Assembly (NCBI GenBank): GCA_937864225.1
Contig: CALMJK010000004.1
Location: forward strand, 137,949-201,948
Reading direction: 5' to 3'
Source: an uncultured bacterium
GTDB lineage: Bacteria > Krumholzibacteriota > Krumholzibacteriia > LZORAL124-64-63
DNA length: 64,000 nucleotides
The notes under the pieces are model-generated. The model was not told the origin of the DNA and made no database searches. It worked only from the letters and a program-made list of their open reading frames with translations. This document shows, in pieces, positions 26,447-34,868 of the stretch (its first letter is position 1; every line of letters starts with the position of its first letter). Both the position numbers and the translations under genes were made by a program.

Positions 26447-27873
26447 CGGGACGTCGCACGAAGATCGTCGGCACGCTCGGGCCGGCCAGCCGCGGCCCGC
26501 AAGCCGTGGCGCGCCTGGTCGAGGCGGGCCTGGACGTGGTCCGCCTGAACTACGCGCACGGCTCGCCCGACGAGCACGCGCAGGCGCTGGCCGACGTGCG
26601 CGCGGCCGCGTCGCGCGGCGGGCGTCCGCTCGCGGTGCTGCAGGATCTCGCCGGCCCCAAGATCCGCACGGGGCCGCTCGCGGCGGGCGAGGTCGAGTTG
26701 GAGCCCGGGGCGGCCTTCACGCTCACGGGCCGCGACGTGCCGGGCGACGCGCGCGAGGTGAGCCTGACCTGGCCGACCCTGGCCCGCGACGTGCGCCCGG
26801 GCGACCGCCTGCTGCTGGCGGACGGCATGCTGGAGCTGGAGGCCGTCGCGGTCGCCGAAAGCGACATCGACTGCCGCGTGATCACCGGGGGGCGGCTGGG
26901 CGCCCACAAGGGGATCAACGTGCCGGGCCGCGCGATCGCGGCGCCGAGCCTCACCGCGAAGGACCGCGCCGATCTGGCGCTGGGAGTCGCCGCGGGCGTC
27001 GACGCGGTCGCCCTCTCCTTCGTGCGCTCGCGGCGCGACGTCGAGGCGGCCCGCGCCGCGGCGCGCGCCGCCGGCGGCGACGTGCTCATCGTGGCCAAGA
27101 TCGAGCGCCCGGAAGCGCTGTCCGACCTGGACGGCATTCTGGAGGCGGCGGACGGCATCATGGTCGCGCGTGGCGATCTGGGCGTGGAGATCCCGCTCGA
27201 GCGCGTGCCCGTCGTGCAGAAGTCGCTGATCGAAAGGGCCAACCGCGCCGGCAAGCTCGTCATCACCGCGACGCAGATGCTGCGCTCGATGGTCGACAGC
27301 CCCCGCCCGACGCGAGCCGAGGTCGCCGACGTGGCCAACGCCATCCTCGACGGCACGGACGCGGTGATGTTGTCGGAAGAGACCGCGACCGGCGCCTGGC
27401 CCGCCGAAGCGGTCGCGACGATGGCGCGCATCGCCGTCGAGGTCGAGACGATCTTCCCGCACGATGTCTGGGCGCGCCGCGTCCAGCGACGGCCGCGCGA
27501 GAGCGACGCCGAGGCGGTGGCGCACGCGGCCTGCGAGATGGCCGAGCGGCTGCAGGCCGAGGCGATCCTGACCTTGACGCGGACGGGCGAGACGGCGCGG
27601 CTGGTGGCCAAGTTCCGCCCGGCGCAGCCCGTGCTGGCGCTCACGCCCGACGAGGCAACGTATCGGCGGCTGGCCGTTGTCTGGGGCGTGACGCCGGCCC
27701 TCGTGCCCGCCGTGGACGATGTCGCGGCCCAGGAGCGGGAAGCGGTGCGGCGCGCCCTGGCCGCGGGCCTGCTGCGGCCGGGCGGGCGGGCTGTCCTGAC
27801 GGGAGGCGCGCCTCCCTCGGCGGGCGGCACGAACCTGATTCGGATCGTGATGGCCGCGCCGGCGGCGCAGTGA
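26443..27873 (+). CDS. pyk: Pyruvate kinase
   Basis: RTKIVGTLGP, RLNYAHG, DLAGPKIR, AKIE, MVARGDLGVE, ATQML, PTRAEVADVANA and MLSEETA. Confidence 0.96.
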   Translation: MTGRRTKIVGTLGPASRGPQAVARLVEAGLDVVRLNYAHGSPDEHAQALADVRAAASRGGRPLAVLQDLAGPKIRTGPLAAGEVELEPGAAFTLTGRDVPGDAREVSLTWPTLARDVRPGDRLLLADGMLELEAVAVAESDIDCRVITGGRLGAHKGINVPGRAIAAPSLTAKDRADLALGVAAGVDAVALSFVRSRRDVEAARAAARAAGGDVLIVAKIERPEALSDLDGILEAADGIMVARGDLGVEIPLERVPVVQKSLIERANRAGKLVITATQMLRSMVDSPRPTRAEVADVANAILDGTDAVMLSEETATGAWPAEAVATMARIAVEVETIFPHDVWARRVQRRPRESDAEAVAHAACEMAERLQAEAILTLTRTGETARLVAKFRPAQPVLALTPDEATYRRLAVVWGVTPALVPAVDDVAAQEREAVRRALAAGLLRPGGRAVLTGGAPPSAGGTNLIRIVMAAPAAQ

Positions 27874-27913
27874 GCGGGTCGCCGGCGGGCGCCGCGCACG
27901 GGAGTGACAGCTC

Positions 27914-28696
27914 ATGTTCGGCCTGACGAAACGGCGGCGGCAGCGGCTGCTGGCCACCCCGCTACCGGCGGCGTCCCTGTCGATTCTCAAGCGCCGGGTT
28001 CCGCTCTACCGCCGCCTGCCGCCGACGGAGCGGGAGAAACTGCCCGGACTGGTGCAGGTCTTCCTGGCCGAGAAGCGGTTCGAGGGGTGCGGGGGGCTGG
28101 CGATCACGGAGGAGATCAGCTTGACGATCGCCTCCCAGGCGTGCGTCCTGCTTCTGGGCCGGCGGCATGATTTCTACCCTCTGCTGCGCTCGATTCTGGT
28201 CTATCCCGCCGGCTTCGTGACGAACGAGGAGCTGGAGGAGGTGGAGGGGATCGTCGGCGTGGACGACGGGGAGCGCACCGGCGAGTCCTGGGCCCAGGGC
28301 GCGATGGTACTGTCGTGGCAGGACATCCTGGACGATCTCGCGGCCCCCGGCGACGGATGGAACGTCGTGCTGCACGAGTTCGCGCATCAACTCGGCGATG
28401 AAACCGGGGACGACGACGGGGTGCCCACGCTGTCCGAGCCGGCGGCGCAGGCGCGTTGGGCGGAGGTCCTGGACCGGGAATTCGCCGCGCTCGTGCGCGC
28501 CAGCGAGCGCGGCCGCCGGACCATGGTCGACGACTACGGGGCCGACAGCCCGGCCGAATTCTTCGCGGTGGTCACGGAGCATTTTTTCACGGAGCCGGCC
28601 CGGCTCAAGATCCGCCACCCCGATCTCTACGCGCAATACCGCATCTTTTACGGCCTCGACCCGCTATCCTGGCCCGCCGACCCGCTTCGGCCGTGA
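27914..28696 (+). CDS. M90 family zinc peptidase (MtfA-like)
   Basis: FLAEKRFEGC, GESW..GAMVLSW, HEFAHQL zinc motif, YGA.SPAEFFAV.TE.FF and P.LY. Confidence 0.88.
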   Translation: MFGLTKRRRQRLLATPLPAASLSILKRRVPLYRRLPPTEREKLPGLVQVFLAEKRFEGCGGLAITEEISLTIASQACVLLLGRRHDFYPLLRSILVYPAGFVTNEELEEVEGIVGVDDGERTGESWAQGAMVLSWQDILDDLAAPGDGWNVVLHEFAHQLGDETGDDDGVPTLSEPAAQARWAEVLDREFAALVRASERGRRTMVDDYGADSPAEFFAVVTEHFFTEPARLKIRHPDLYAQYRIFYGLDPLSWPADPLRP

Positions 28697-28800
28697 GCGC
28701 GGCGGCCGCGGCGCCGTGGCGGAGTTGTCCGTCCGGCGCCACCATGTGACGGGCATGGCGCGCCGGCGCCGGCGACGCGCGGGAGGCTGATTTGGTTCGG

Positions 28801-29367
28801 ATGGGATCCACGAGAGCGGCGGGAGCCGCCGGATCGGCCGCCGCCGTGCGGGCCCGCACGGGGCGGACCTGGGCGCAATGGTTCGCCGTGCTCGAGCGCG
28901 CGGGCGCGGCGGATTTGCCGGCGCCCGAGGTCGCGAGGCTGCTCCTGGCTCGCTACGGCCTCGATCCGTGGTGGAGTCGGATGGTGGCCGAGGCCTACGA
29001 GCGGACCCGCGCCGGCCGCGCGCGAGACGAGCAGGGCGGCGGCTTCCGGGCCGCCTTGAGCCGAACCCTGCCAGCTGGGACGGAGCGCGCGTGCGCGGCG
29101 TGGCGCACGGCGCGCGCCAGGGCGCGCTGGCTGGGAACCGAAAAGGTGACGGTGCGCGCCGTGCAACCGGGGCGCGCCCTGCGCTTGACCCGCGTCGACG
29201 GAGGCGTGATCGAGGTTCAGTTCTATGGGACGCCGGGCGGCGGGACCCGTTGCAGTCTACGGCAGCGCCGGCTGCCCAGCGAGGCGGCCGTGCGCTGCTT
29301 CAAGGAGGAGTGGGGGGCGGCCCTCGGGCGGCTGCGCGCCCTGCTCTCCACGCCTCACGCCCGTTGA
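28801..29367 (+). CDS. Hypothetical protein (DUF4287-like N-terminus, SRPBCC-like C-terminus)
   Basis: AV..RTGRTW.QWF..L...WW..MV...YER pattern followed by a beta-rich domain ending in W..AL..L..LL. Confidence 0.55.
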   Translation: MGSTRAAGAAGSAAAVRARTGRTWAQWFAVLERAGAADLPAPEVARLLLARYGLDPWWSRMVAEAYERTRAGRARDEQGGGFRAALSRTLPAGTERACAAWRTARARARWLGTEKVTVRAVQPGRALRLTRVDGGVIEVQFYGTPGGGTRCSLRQRRLPSEAAVRCFKEEWGAALGRLRALLSTPHAR

Positions 29368-29398
29368 GGGGGAGTCGCTGTCGCGGCCGATCGCCGCC

Positions 29399-30175
29399 TC
29401 AGTTCATCTTGAAGGTCACGGGCATCAGCACCCAGACCTCGACCGGCGTCGCCTGCAGGATGGCGGGCCGGAAGACCGCCGTCCTCGCGCAGGCGATCGC
29501 CGCCTGCTTCAGCGGCTCCGGTCCCTCGATCACGAGCACTTCTTTCACCCGCCCATCCTTGCCGACCAGGACGCGCGTCAGCACGGTGCCCTCGATTCCC
29601 GCCTGCTGAGCCGCCGCCGGGTAGATGGGCGGGTCGATGCGCAAGCGCACCGGCTCCTCGTCCACCGGCACGAAGTCCTCGGGCGCCGGGGAGGCGATCT
29701 CGGTCGGGATGTCGACGTCGATGACGAGCGAGTCGCCGCCTTCGCCCAGACCCGTCGTCGTGATGGGAGCGAGCGCCTCGCTCGCCTGTTCGACGGTCGC
29801 GATCGTCTGCTGCGCGGCCTGTTCGTCCGCGACCGGCTCGGGCACGGCGATGCGGGGGGGGGCGACCGCGCGCGACACGGCCTGCGCGATGTTCAACTGC
29901 GGCGCGGTCGGGCGCGCGATGGACGGCGGCACGCCCAGCTCGGTGTAGCGCACGATTCTCACCTCGCGCATCGTCGGCGGCGGCGGTTGGCGGTGAGTCC
30001 ACCACTGCCAGATTCCGAAGAGCGCCAGCCCGAGCAGAAGGGCCGTGCCGTTGGCGCCAAAGAGCCTCTTTCCCGCCTCGCGTCGGACGGGGTGTCCCTC
30101 GCCGGTGAGCGGCAGCCGCGCCGCGTCCGCGAGCGAAAACGCCCACGGGATGCGCAGAGGGTCACGACCGGTCAT
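29399..30175 (-). CDS. tonB: Energy transducer TonB
   Basis: Single TM, Pro-rich linker and C-terminal P.YP..A..AGIEGTV...VLVGKDGRV domain. Confidence 0.9.
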   Translation of the reverse strand: MTGRDPLRIPWAFSLADAARLPLTGEGHPVRREAGKRLFGANGTALLLGLALFGIWQWWTHRQPPPPTMREVRIVRYTELGVPPSIARPTAPQLNIAQAVSRAVAPPRIAVPEPVADEQAAQQTIATVEQASEALAPITTTGLGEGGDSLVIDVDIPTEIASPAPEDFVPVDEEPVRLRIDPPIYPAAAQQAGIEGTVLTRVLVGKDGRVKEVLVIEGPEPLKQAAIACARTAVFRPAILQATPVEVWVLMPVTFKMN

Positions 30176-30672
30176 CGCGGAACCTCCAGAGTGGCGGCCT
30201 CCGCCTCGGCCAGAGGAATCAGGCTGAACCGCTGCATGTGCGCGTCGTCGAGCGCGTCCATCATGTCGACCATCGCCTCGTAGCGGGCGCTCCGGTCGAT
30301 CTTGACCAGGACGATGAGGTCCGGATTGGCGTCCTCCTGCGCGCGGAACGTGCCGGCCAACTCGTTCCAGGCGAGCGGCTGCAGTCCGTTCCGCCCGAGG
30401 CGGAAGGCCATCCGGCCGTCGCGGTCCACATAGACGGTCATCACGTTGGACTCCGGCACCTCGATCTTCGCGCCGGGCTCCGGCATGTTGACCTCCATGG
30501 CCAGCGGCCTGCGGAACACTGTCGTGACCATGAAGAAGATCAGCAGCAGGAATGCAACGTCGACCATCGGCGTCATGTCGATGCGGACGCCGGTCCTGCG
30601 CTGGGGGCGGCCCAGACCGGCCTTGAACGGTCCGCTCGCGCCACCCTTCTCGGCTACGACGACTTCCGCCAT
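30172..30672 (-). CDS. exbD: ExbD/TolR biopolymer transport protein (2)
   Basis: IDMTPMVDVAFLLLIFFM with the essential Asp; IDRSARYE.MVDMMD. Confidence 0.92.
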   Translation of the reverse strand: MAEVVVAEKGGASGPFKAGLGRPQRRTGVRIDMTPMVDVAFLLLIFFMVTTVFRRPLAMEVNMPEPGAKIEVPESNVMTVYVDRDGRMAFRLGRNGLQPLAWNELAGTFRAQEDANPDLIVLVKIDRSARYEAMVDMMDALDDAHMQRFSLIPLAEAEAATLEVPR

Positions 30673-30674
30673 GG

Positions 30675-31142
30675 TCAACTCCTCGCTTCGCCCGCCGCGG
30701 GGCGAGGCTCGGTGGATGCCGCGCCGGCCGGCTTCCGCTTGAGGTCCGTCATCAGGTTGAAGCGCAGGGTCTTGGCGTTGGCGAGCGCGTCCATCAGGTC
30801 GGCCATCTCGCCGAATGCCACGTCGCGATCGCCCTTGACGATGACGACGGCGCCGGGGTTGCGACTGCGCCAGTCCACGATCGCGCGCAGGATGTCCTCC
30901 TTCGCGATCTCCTGGGTGTCGGTGACGCTCTCGGTCGAGATGAACAGCCGTCCCTCGCTGTTGAGCGTGACGATGATCGTGTCGGTCTCGGGGACCCGCA
31001 CGTCGGCGGTGGAGGCCGGCAGCCGGACGGCGATGCGCTCGGGCGGTTTGAACTGCGTTGTGGACATGAAGAAGATGAGCAGCAGGAAGGCCACGTCCAC
31101 CATGGGCGTCATGTCGATGCGGACGCTGCTGCGGTGCGCCAT
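30675..31142 (-). CDS. exbD: ExbD/TolR biopolymer transport protein (1)
   Basis: IDMTPMVDVAFLLLIFFM; KGDRDVAFG. Confidence 0.92.
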   Translation of the reverse strand: MAHRSSVRIDMTPMVDVAFLLLIFFMSTTQFKPPERIAVRLPASTADVRVPETDTIIVTLNSEGRLFISTESVTDTQEIAKEDILRAIVDWRSRNPGAVVIVKGDRDVAFGEMADLMDALANAKTLRFNLMTDLKRKPAGAASTEPRPAAGEARS

Positions 31143-31145
31143 GTT

Positions 31146-31862
31146 CTACGACTCCTTCCGCAGCTCCAGCAGCTGCAGCACTTCGAAGGCGGTCTCCTCG
31201 ACCTGCGCGCGGAAGCGGTCCACGCGTTGCGTGAAATAATTGTAGAGCACGGTGCCGAAGATCGCGGTGAACAGGCCGAGCGCCGTGTTCACGAGCGCCT
31301 CCGAGATGCCCAGCGCGAGCTGCGTCGCGTCGGGAGCGCCGGCGTGAGACATCGCGCGGAAGGCGCGGATCATGCCGATCGTGGTGCCGAGCAGTCCGAT
31401 GAGCGTCGCGATGGAGGCGATGGTGGACAGCGCCGTCAGGTTCTGTTCGAGATGCGGCGCTTCGAGAGCGTTCGCCTCCTCGATGGCGCGGCGCGTCTCG
31501 GCCAGCAATTCTTTGCGGTCGGCGGTGGAGGGCTTCTCGTGCTGGTAGCGCTGGAGGCCCGCGCCGATCACGTTCGCGATGCTCCCGCCTTGCCGCTTGC
31601 AGATGTCGAGCGCCTGGGCGATGTCGCCGGCGCGGACCGACTGCTTCAGGCCGCCCACGAACTGCGGCACGCTGCCGCGGCCGCCCGTGCGGTAGAGCAC
31701 CACGAATCGCTCCGTGGCGAACGTCAGCGCCAGGAAGAGGATCGTCAGGCCGAGGACCAGCAGCGGCCCGCCCTGCCTGATGTACTCCGGCGAATTCGTC
31801 CAGATCAGCCAGGACACGATCACCGAGACCAGGAAGACCGGCGCAAGAATGTACTTGTTCAT
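31146..31862 (-). CDS. exbB: ExbB/MotA/TolQ proton channel
   Basis: TLIGLLGTTIGMI and GISEALVNTALGL with both conserved Thr. AAGGAG RBS before ATG at 31862. Confidence 0.92.
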   Translation of the reverse strand: MNKYILAPVFLVSVIVSWLIWTNSPEYIRQGGPLLVLGLTILFLALTFATERFVVLYRTGGRGSVPQFVGGLKQSVRAGDIAQALDICKRQGGSIANVIGAGLQRYQHEKPSTADRKELLAETRRAIEEANALEAPHLEQNLTALSTIASIATLIGLLGTTIGMIRAFRAMSHAGAPDATQLALGISEALVNTALGLFTAIFGTVLYNYFTQRVDRFRAQVEETAFEVLQLLELRKES

Positions 31863-31910
31863 GGAGAAACGCTCCTTGTCGCAGGCGCGGGCGCCGGAAA
31901 GCACCCGCAG

Positions 31911-33770
31911 CTAGGGTTCCTGACGGCCGGCCCGCCGGGCTTGTTCCAGCAGTTCCAGCCCCCGCTTCAACGTGACGTTGTCAGGCTCGATGGCGCCGGC
32001 CCGGCGGAAGGCGGTTGCCGCGGCGTCGAGCTCGCTGCGGCCGAGGTGGGCGTTGCCCAGGCCCGCCCAGCCGTCGGCGTTGCCGGGTTCGGCCTCCGTG
32101 GCGGCGCGGTAGTGGCGCGTGGCCTGCGCATAGTCGCCGCGGCGGATGGCGCAGTAGCCCAGGCCGCGCAGGGCCTTGGCGCTCGTCGGTTCGGCGGCGA
32201 CGACGCGCCGGTACTCGGCCTCGGCCGCGTCGAGCGAGTCGGCCGCGGCCAGCGCCTGCGCCAGCAGCAGGCGCGCCTCCACCCGCGACGTGTCGAGCGC
32301 CACGGCGCGGCGGAAGCCGGCCACCGCCTCCGGCAGGCGCTGCGCCTGGAACAGGGCGATCCCCAGGTTGAGCTGCCAGGTCGCGTCGTCCGGCGCCGCC
32401 GCGACCGCCTGCTCCAGTTCCGCGACGGCCTCGCCGGCGCGGCCCGCCAGCAGCTCGACGAGGCCGAGCTGGTAGCGCGCGGCCGCCAGCTGCGGGTCGA
32501 GCGCGAGCGCGCGTCGCGCCGCGGCGCGCGCGTCGTCCCAGCGCCGGCGGGAAGTCTCATGCTGCGCCAGGGCGAGCCAGTCCCGCGGGTCGCGCCGCAG
32601 GGAGTCCGGCAGAGAGGCGAACAGGGCCGCCGCCTCATCGCGCGCGGCCGGGTCGAGGCCGCGCAGCGCGGTCCGCGCCAGGATCTGTCGTGGGACCGGA
32701 TCGTCCGGGGCGGCCGCGACGGCCTGCCGCGCCGCCGCGACGGCCGCCGCCGGCTGGCCGATTTCGAGGCAGAGATCGCTCAGCTCGCGCAGCGCGTCGA
32801 AATCGCGCGGCTCGAGCTGGGCGTAGCGCAGCAGAGTGCGCGCCGCGCGGTCCTTCTGGCCTGCCAGGCGCAGCAGCCGCGCGAGGTCCTTGAGCGGCGG
32901 CGCGTAGGTGGAATCCGCGGCGGCGGCGCGCAGCCAGGCGTCGCGCGCGTCGTTGTAGCGGCCGACCTGGCGGTAGAGCCCGCCGAGCGCGTGCAGCTGC
33001 GGCGCCGTCGGCGCGACGCCGGGAGCGGCCAGCGCGCGTTCGAGGGCGGGGATAGCCAGCGCCGGCGCGCCGAGGCGGTCGTAGATTTGCGCGGCGAGCA
33101 GCGTGTGCTCCGGATCGTCCGGCGCGATGGCCTGCGCGGTGAGAGCCTCCGTTTCGGCGGCGCGCAGGTCGGCGCGCGCGAGCTGCCAGAGCGCCAGGCC
33201 GTGGTGGTAGAGGTCTTCGCTCTCGGCCGCGCCGCGCCGCTTCGCGCCGCGATCGAGCAGGCGTTTGGCGCCGTCGGCGTCGCCGGCGGCCAGCAGCAGG
33301 CGGGCTCGCCCGTAGAGGGCTTCCCAAAGGTCCGGCTTGGCCAGCAGCGCGGCGTCGATCTCCGTCGCGGCATCGGCCTCGCGCGCCAGGCGCAAGAGCA
33401 GCAGGCCGAGCGCCGCGCGCGCCTCGGCGTACTCCGCGCCGTCGCGCTGGCGGCGCACGGCGATCGCCTCGCGGTAGAGCGATTCGGCCTCGGCGAGGCA
33501 TCCCTCGCGCACGGCGAGCGTGGCCAGGCCGAACTTCGCCTGCGGGACCTGGTACTCCTGCCCGATCGCCTCGAAGTAGCGAGCCCGCGCCTCGTCGAGG
33601 CGCCCCGCGGCAAGGGCCCGGTTGCCCAGGCGCAGCGGATCCTCGTCCAGCGCGTACGTGCGGGCTTGGGCCGCCGCGCGCGCGGGCGGCCACGTGACGG
33701 CGGCCGCCGCGAGCAAGAGCCAGAGGACGCTCGTGGCGGTTGCGCCCCGCGCTCCGGATCGTCCGCTCAT
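31911..33770 (-). CDS. Secreted multi-TPR protein
   Basis: Signal peptide and more than 12 TPR repeats; operonic with exbB. Confidence 0.85.
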   Translation of the reverse strand: MSGRSGARGATATSVLWLLLAAAAVTWPPARAAAQARTYALDEDPLRLGNRALAAGRLDEARARYFEAIGQEYQVPQAKFGLATLAVREGCLAEAESLYREAIAVRRQRDGAEYAEARAALGLLLLRLAREADAATEIDAALLAKPDLWEALYGRARLLLAAGDADGAKRLLDRGAKRRGAAESEDLYHHGLALWQLARADLRAAETEALTAQAIAPDDPEHTLLAAQIYDRLGAPALAIPALERALAAPGVAPTAPQLHALGGLYRQVGRYNDARDAWLRAAAADSTYAPPLKDLARLLRLAGQKDRAARTLLRYAQLEPRDFDALRELSDLCLEIGQPAAAVAAARQAVAAAPDDPVPRQILARTALRGLDPAARDEAAALFASLPDSLRRDPRDWLALAQHETSRRRWDDARAAARRALALDPQLAAARYQLGLVELLAGRAGEAVAELEQAVAAAPDDATWQLNLGIALFQAQRLPEAVAGFRRAVALDTSRVEARLLLAQALAAADSLDAAEAEYRRVVAAEPTSAKALRGLGYCAIRRGDYAQATRHYRAATEAEPGNADGWAGLGNAHLGRSELDAAATAFRRAGAIEPDNVTLKRGLELLEQARRAGRQEP

Positions 33771-33798
33771 GCGTTCGCCTCCCTTCCGGCGCGCCGGG

Positions 33799-34749
33799 TC
33801 AGCCCGGAGAGCGTCGCGTGAGGTGGATCTCGCGCGGCACGCGCCGCTGCGGCAGCCAGCCGGCCCGCTCGATCTGGCGCTGGCCGCGGTCGCTCGTGGC
33901 GTGGGTCACGAACTTCGCGCCCTGGATGCCGCCGCCAGGGCGGCAAGCCACGTACAGGTAGTGGTGCAGCGTGTATTCTCCGGCGGCCAGCGCCGCGTCG
34001 GTCGGCGCGATCGGCGGCGCGCCGGGCGCCGGTCGCAGCGGCAGGATGCGCACGCCCGCGGCGGCGGGATCCGCCGGCAGCGCGAGCGAGCCGACGATGC
34101 CCAGGGCGCCCGGATCGGCGCGCGTCGCGGCGAGCACGGCGGACTCGTCGGCCAGGTACGCCACGCCCGCAGGAGGCGTGGCGCCGGGCGGCGACAGTCC
34201 GAGCGCGGCGTGCAGGGCGTCGGGTAGGCCCAGGTTGGGATCCGGCAACCACACGCGCGCCCAGGGGCGGGGGCCGCCGCCGCAGAGCCGGGCGCGCAGG
34301 TCGTCCGGCGTCACCGCCTCGACGTCGGCTGCGGAGGCCACGGCCAGCAGGATCCCGCCCAGCGCGATCGCGTAGTAGAGAGCGGTGTCGCCGGTGGCGG
34401 CTCGAAAGAGCGCCTGCTCGGCCGCGGTGGGGGGGCGGCTCAGGAAGGCCGCGTCGGCGCGACCGTTGGCGAGCGCCTCGAGCGCGCGCGCGGTGCCGCC
34501 GCCCTCCACGGTCACGGCCAAGCGCGGGTAGTCGCGGCGGTAGTTCTCGACCAGGCGCGCGACCAAACCGGGAGCGAGTTCGGCTCCCGCCAGGGTGAGC
34601 GTCGTGTCAGGGCTGCCGCCGCCGGCCATCTCGCGCGCCACACGCCGCAAATCTGGCGCGCCGCGCCACACGTAGAGGACCGCGATGACGCCGAGGTAGA
34701 CGGCGACGCGGATCAGGACGGGAATGTGGCCTGCACGCGGTCGCGTCAT
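33799..34749 (-). CDS. PstS-fold periplasmic binding protein with N-terminal membrane anchor
   Basis: TM at about residues 10-28; YP...VTVEGGGT..AL..L..G.AD.A..SR and YTLHHYLY PstS-like patterns. Confidence 0.7.
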   Translation of the reverse strand: MTRPRAGHIPVLIRVAVYLGVIAVLYVWRGAPDLRRVAREMAGGGSPDTTLTLAGAELAPGLVARLVENYRRDYPRLAVTVEGGGTARALEALANGRADAAFLSRPPTAAEQALFRAATGDTALYYAIALGGILLAVASAADVEAVTPDDLRARLCGGGPRPWARVWLPDPNLGLPDALHAALGLSPPGATPPAGVAYLADESAVLAATRADPGALGIVGSLALPADPAAAGVRILPLRPAPGAPPIAPTDAALAAGEYTLHHYLYVACRPGGGIQGAKFVTHATSDRGQRQIERAGWLPQRRVPREIHLTRRSPG

Positions 34750-34868
34750 GGGTCGTTTCCCGTTGCGTCCGCCGCCGGTGGGCCGCTAAGATCGGCGTGC
34801 GGCCGGCGGACGTCGTGCGATCCGCCTCGGGGCCGGGTCGCCGGCTCCATCGCGAGGAGTCGTGCCCG

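Noticed and set aside
29854-29862. G9 tract in tonB as a phase-variation site
   Set aside because: It encodes Ala-Pro-Pro-Arg in the Pro-rich linker with the frame intact. Such runs are expected at this GC content, and there is no read-level evidence.
33799-34749. Annotation as a phosphate ABC transporter (pstS)
   Set aside because: No pstC/A/B or phoU nearby, the phosphate-ligand motifs are degenerate, and the gene is operonic with exbBD-tonB.
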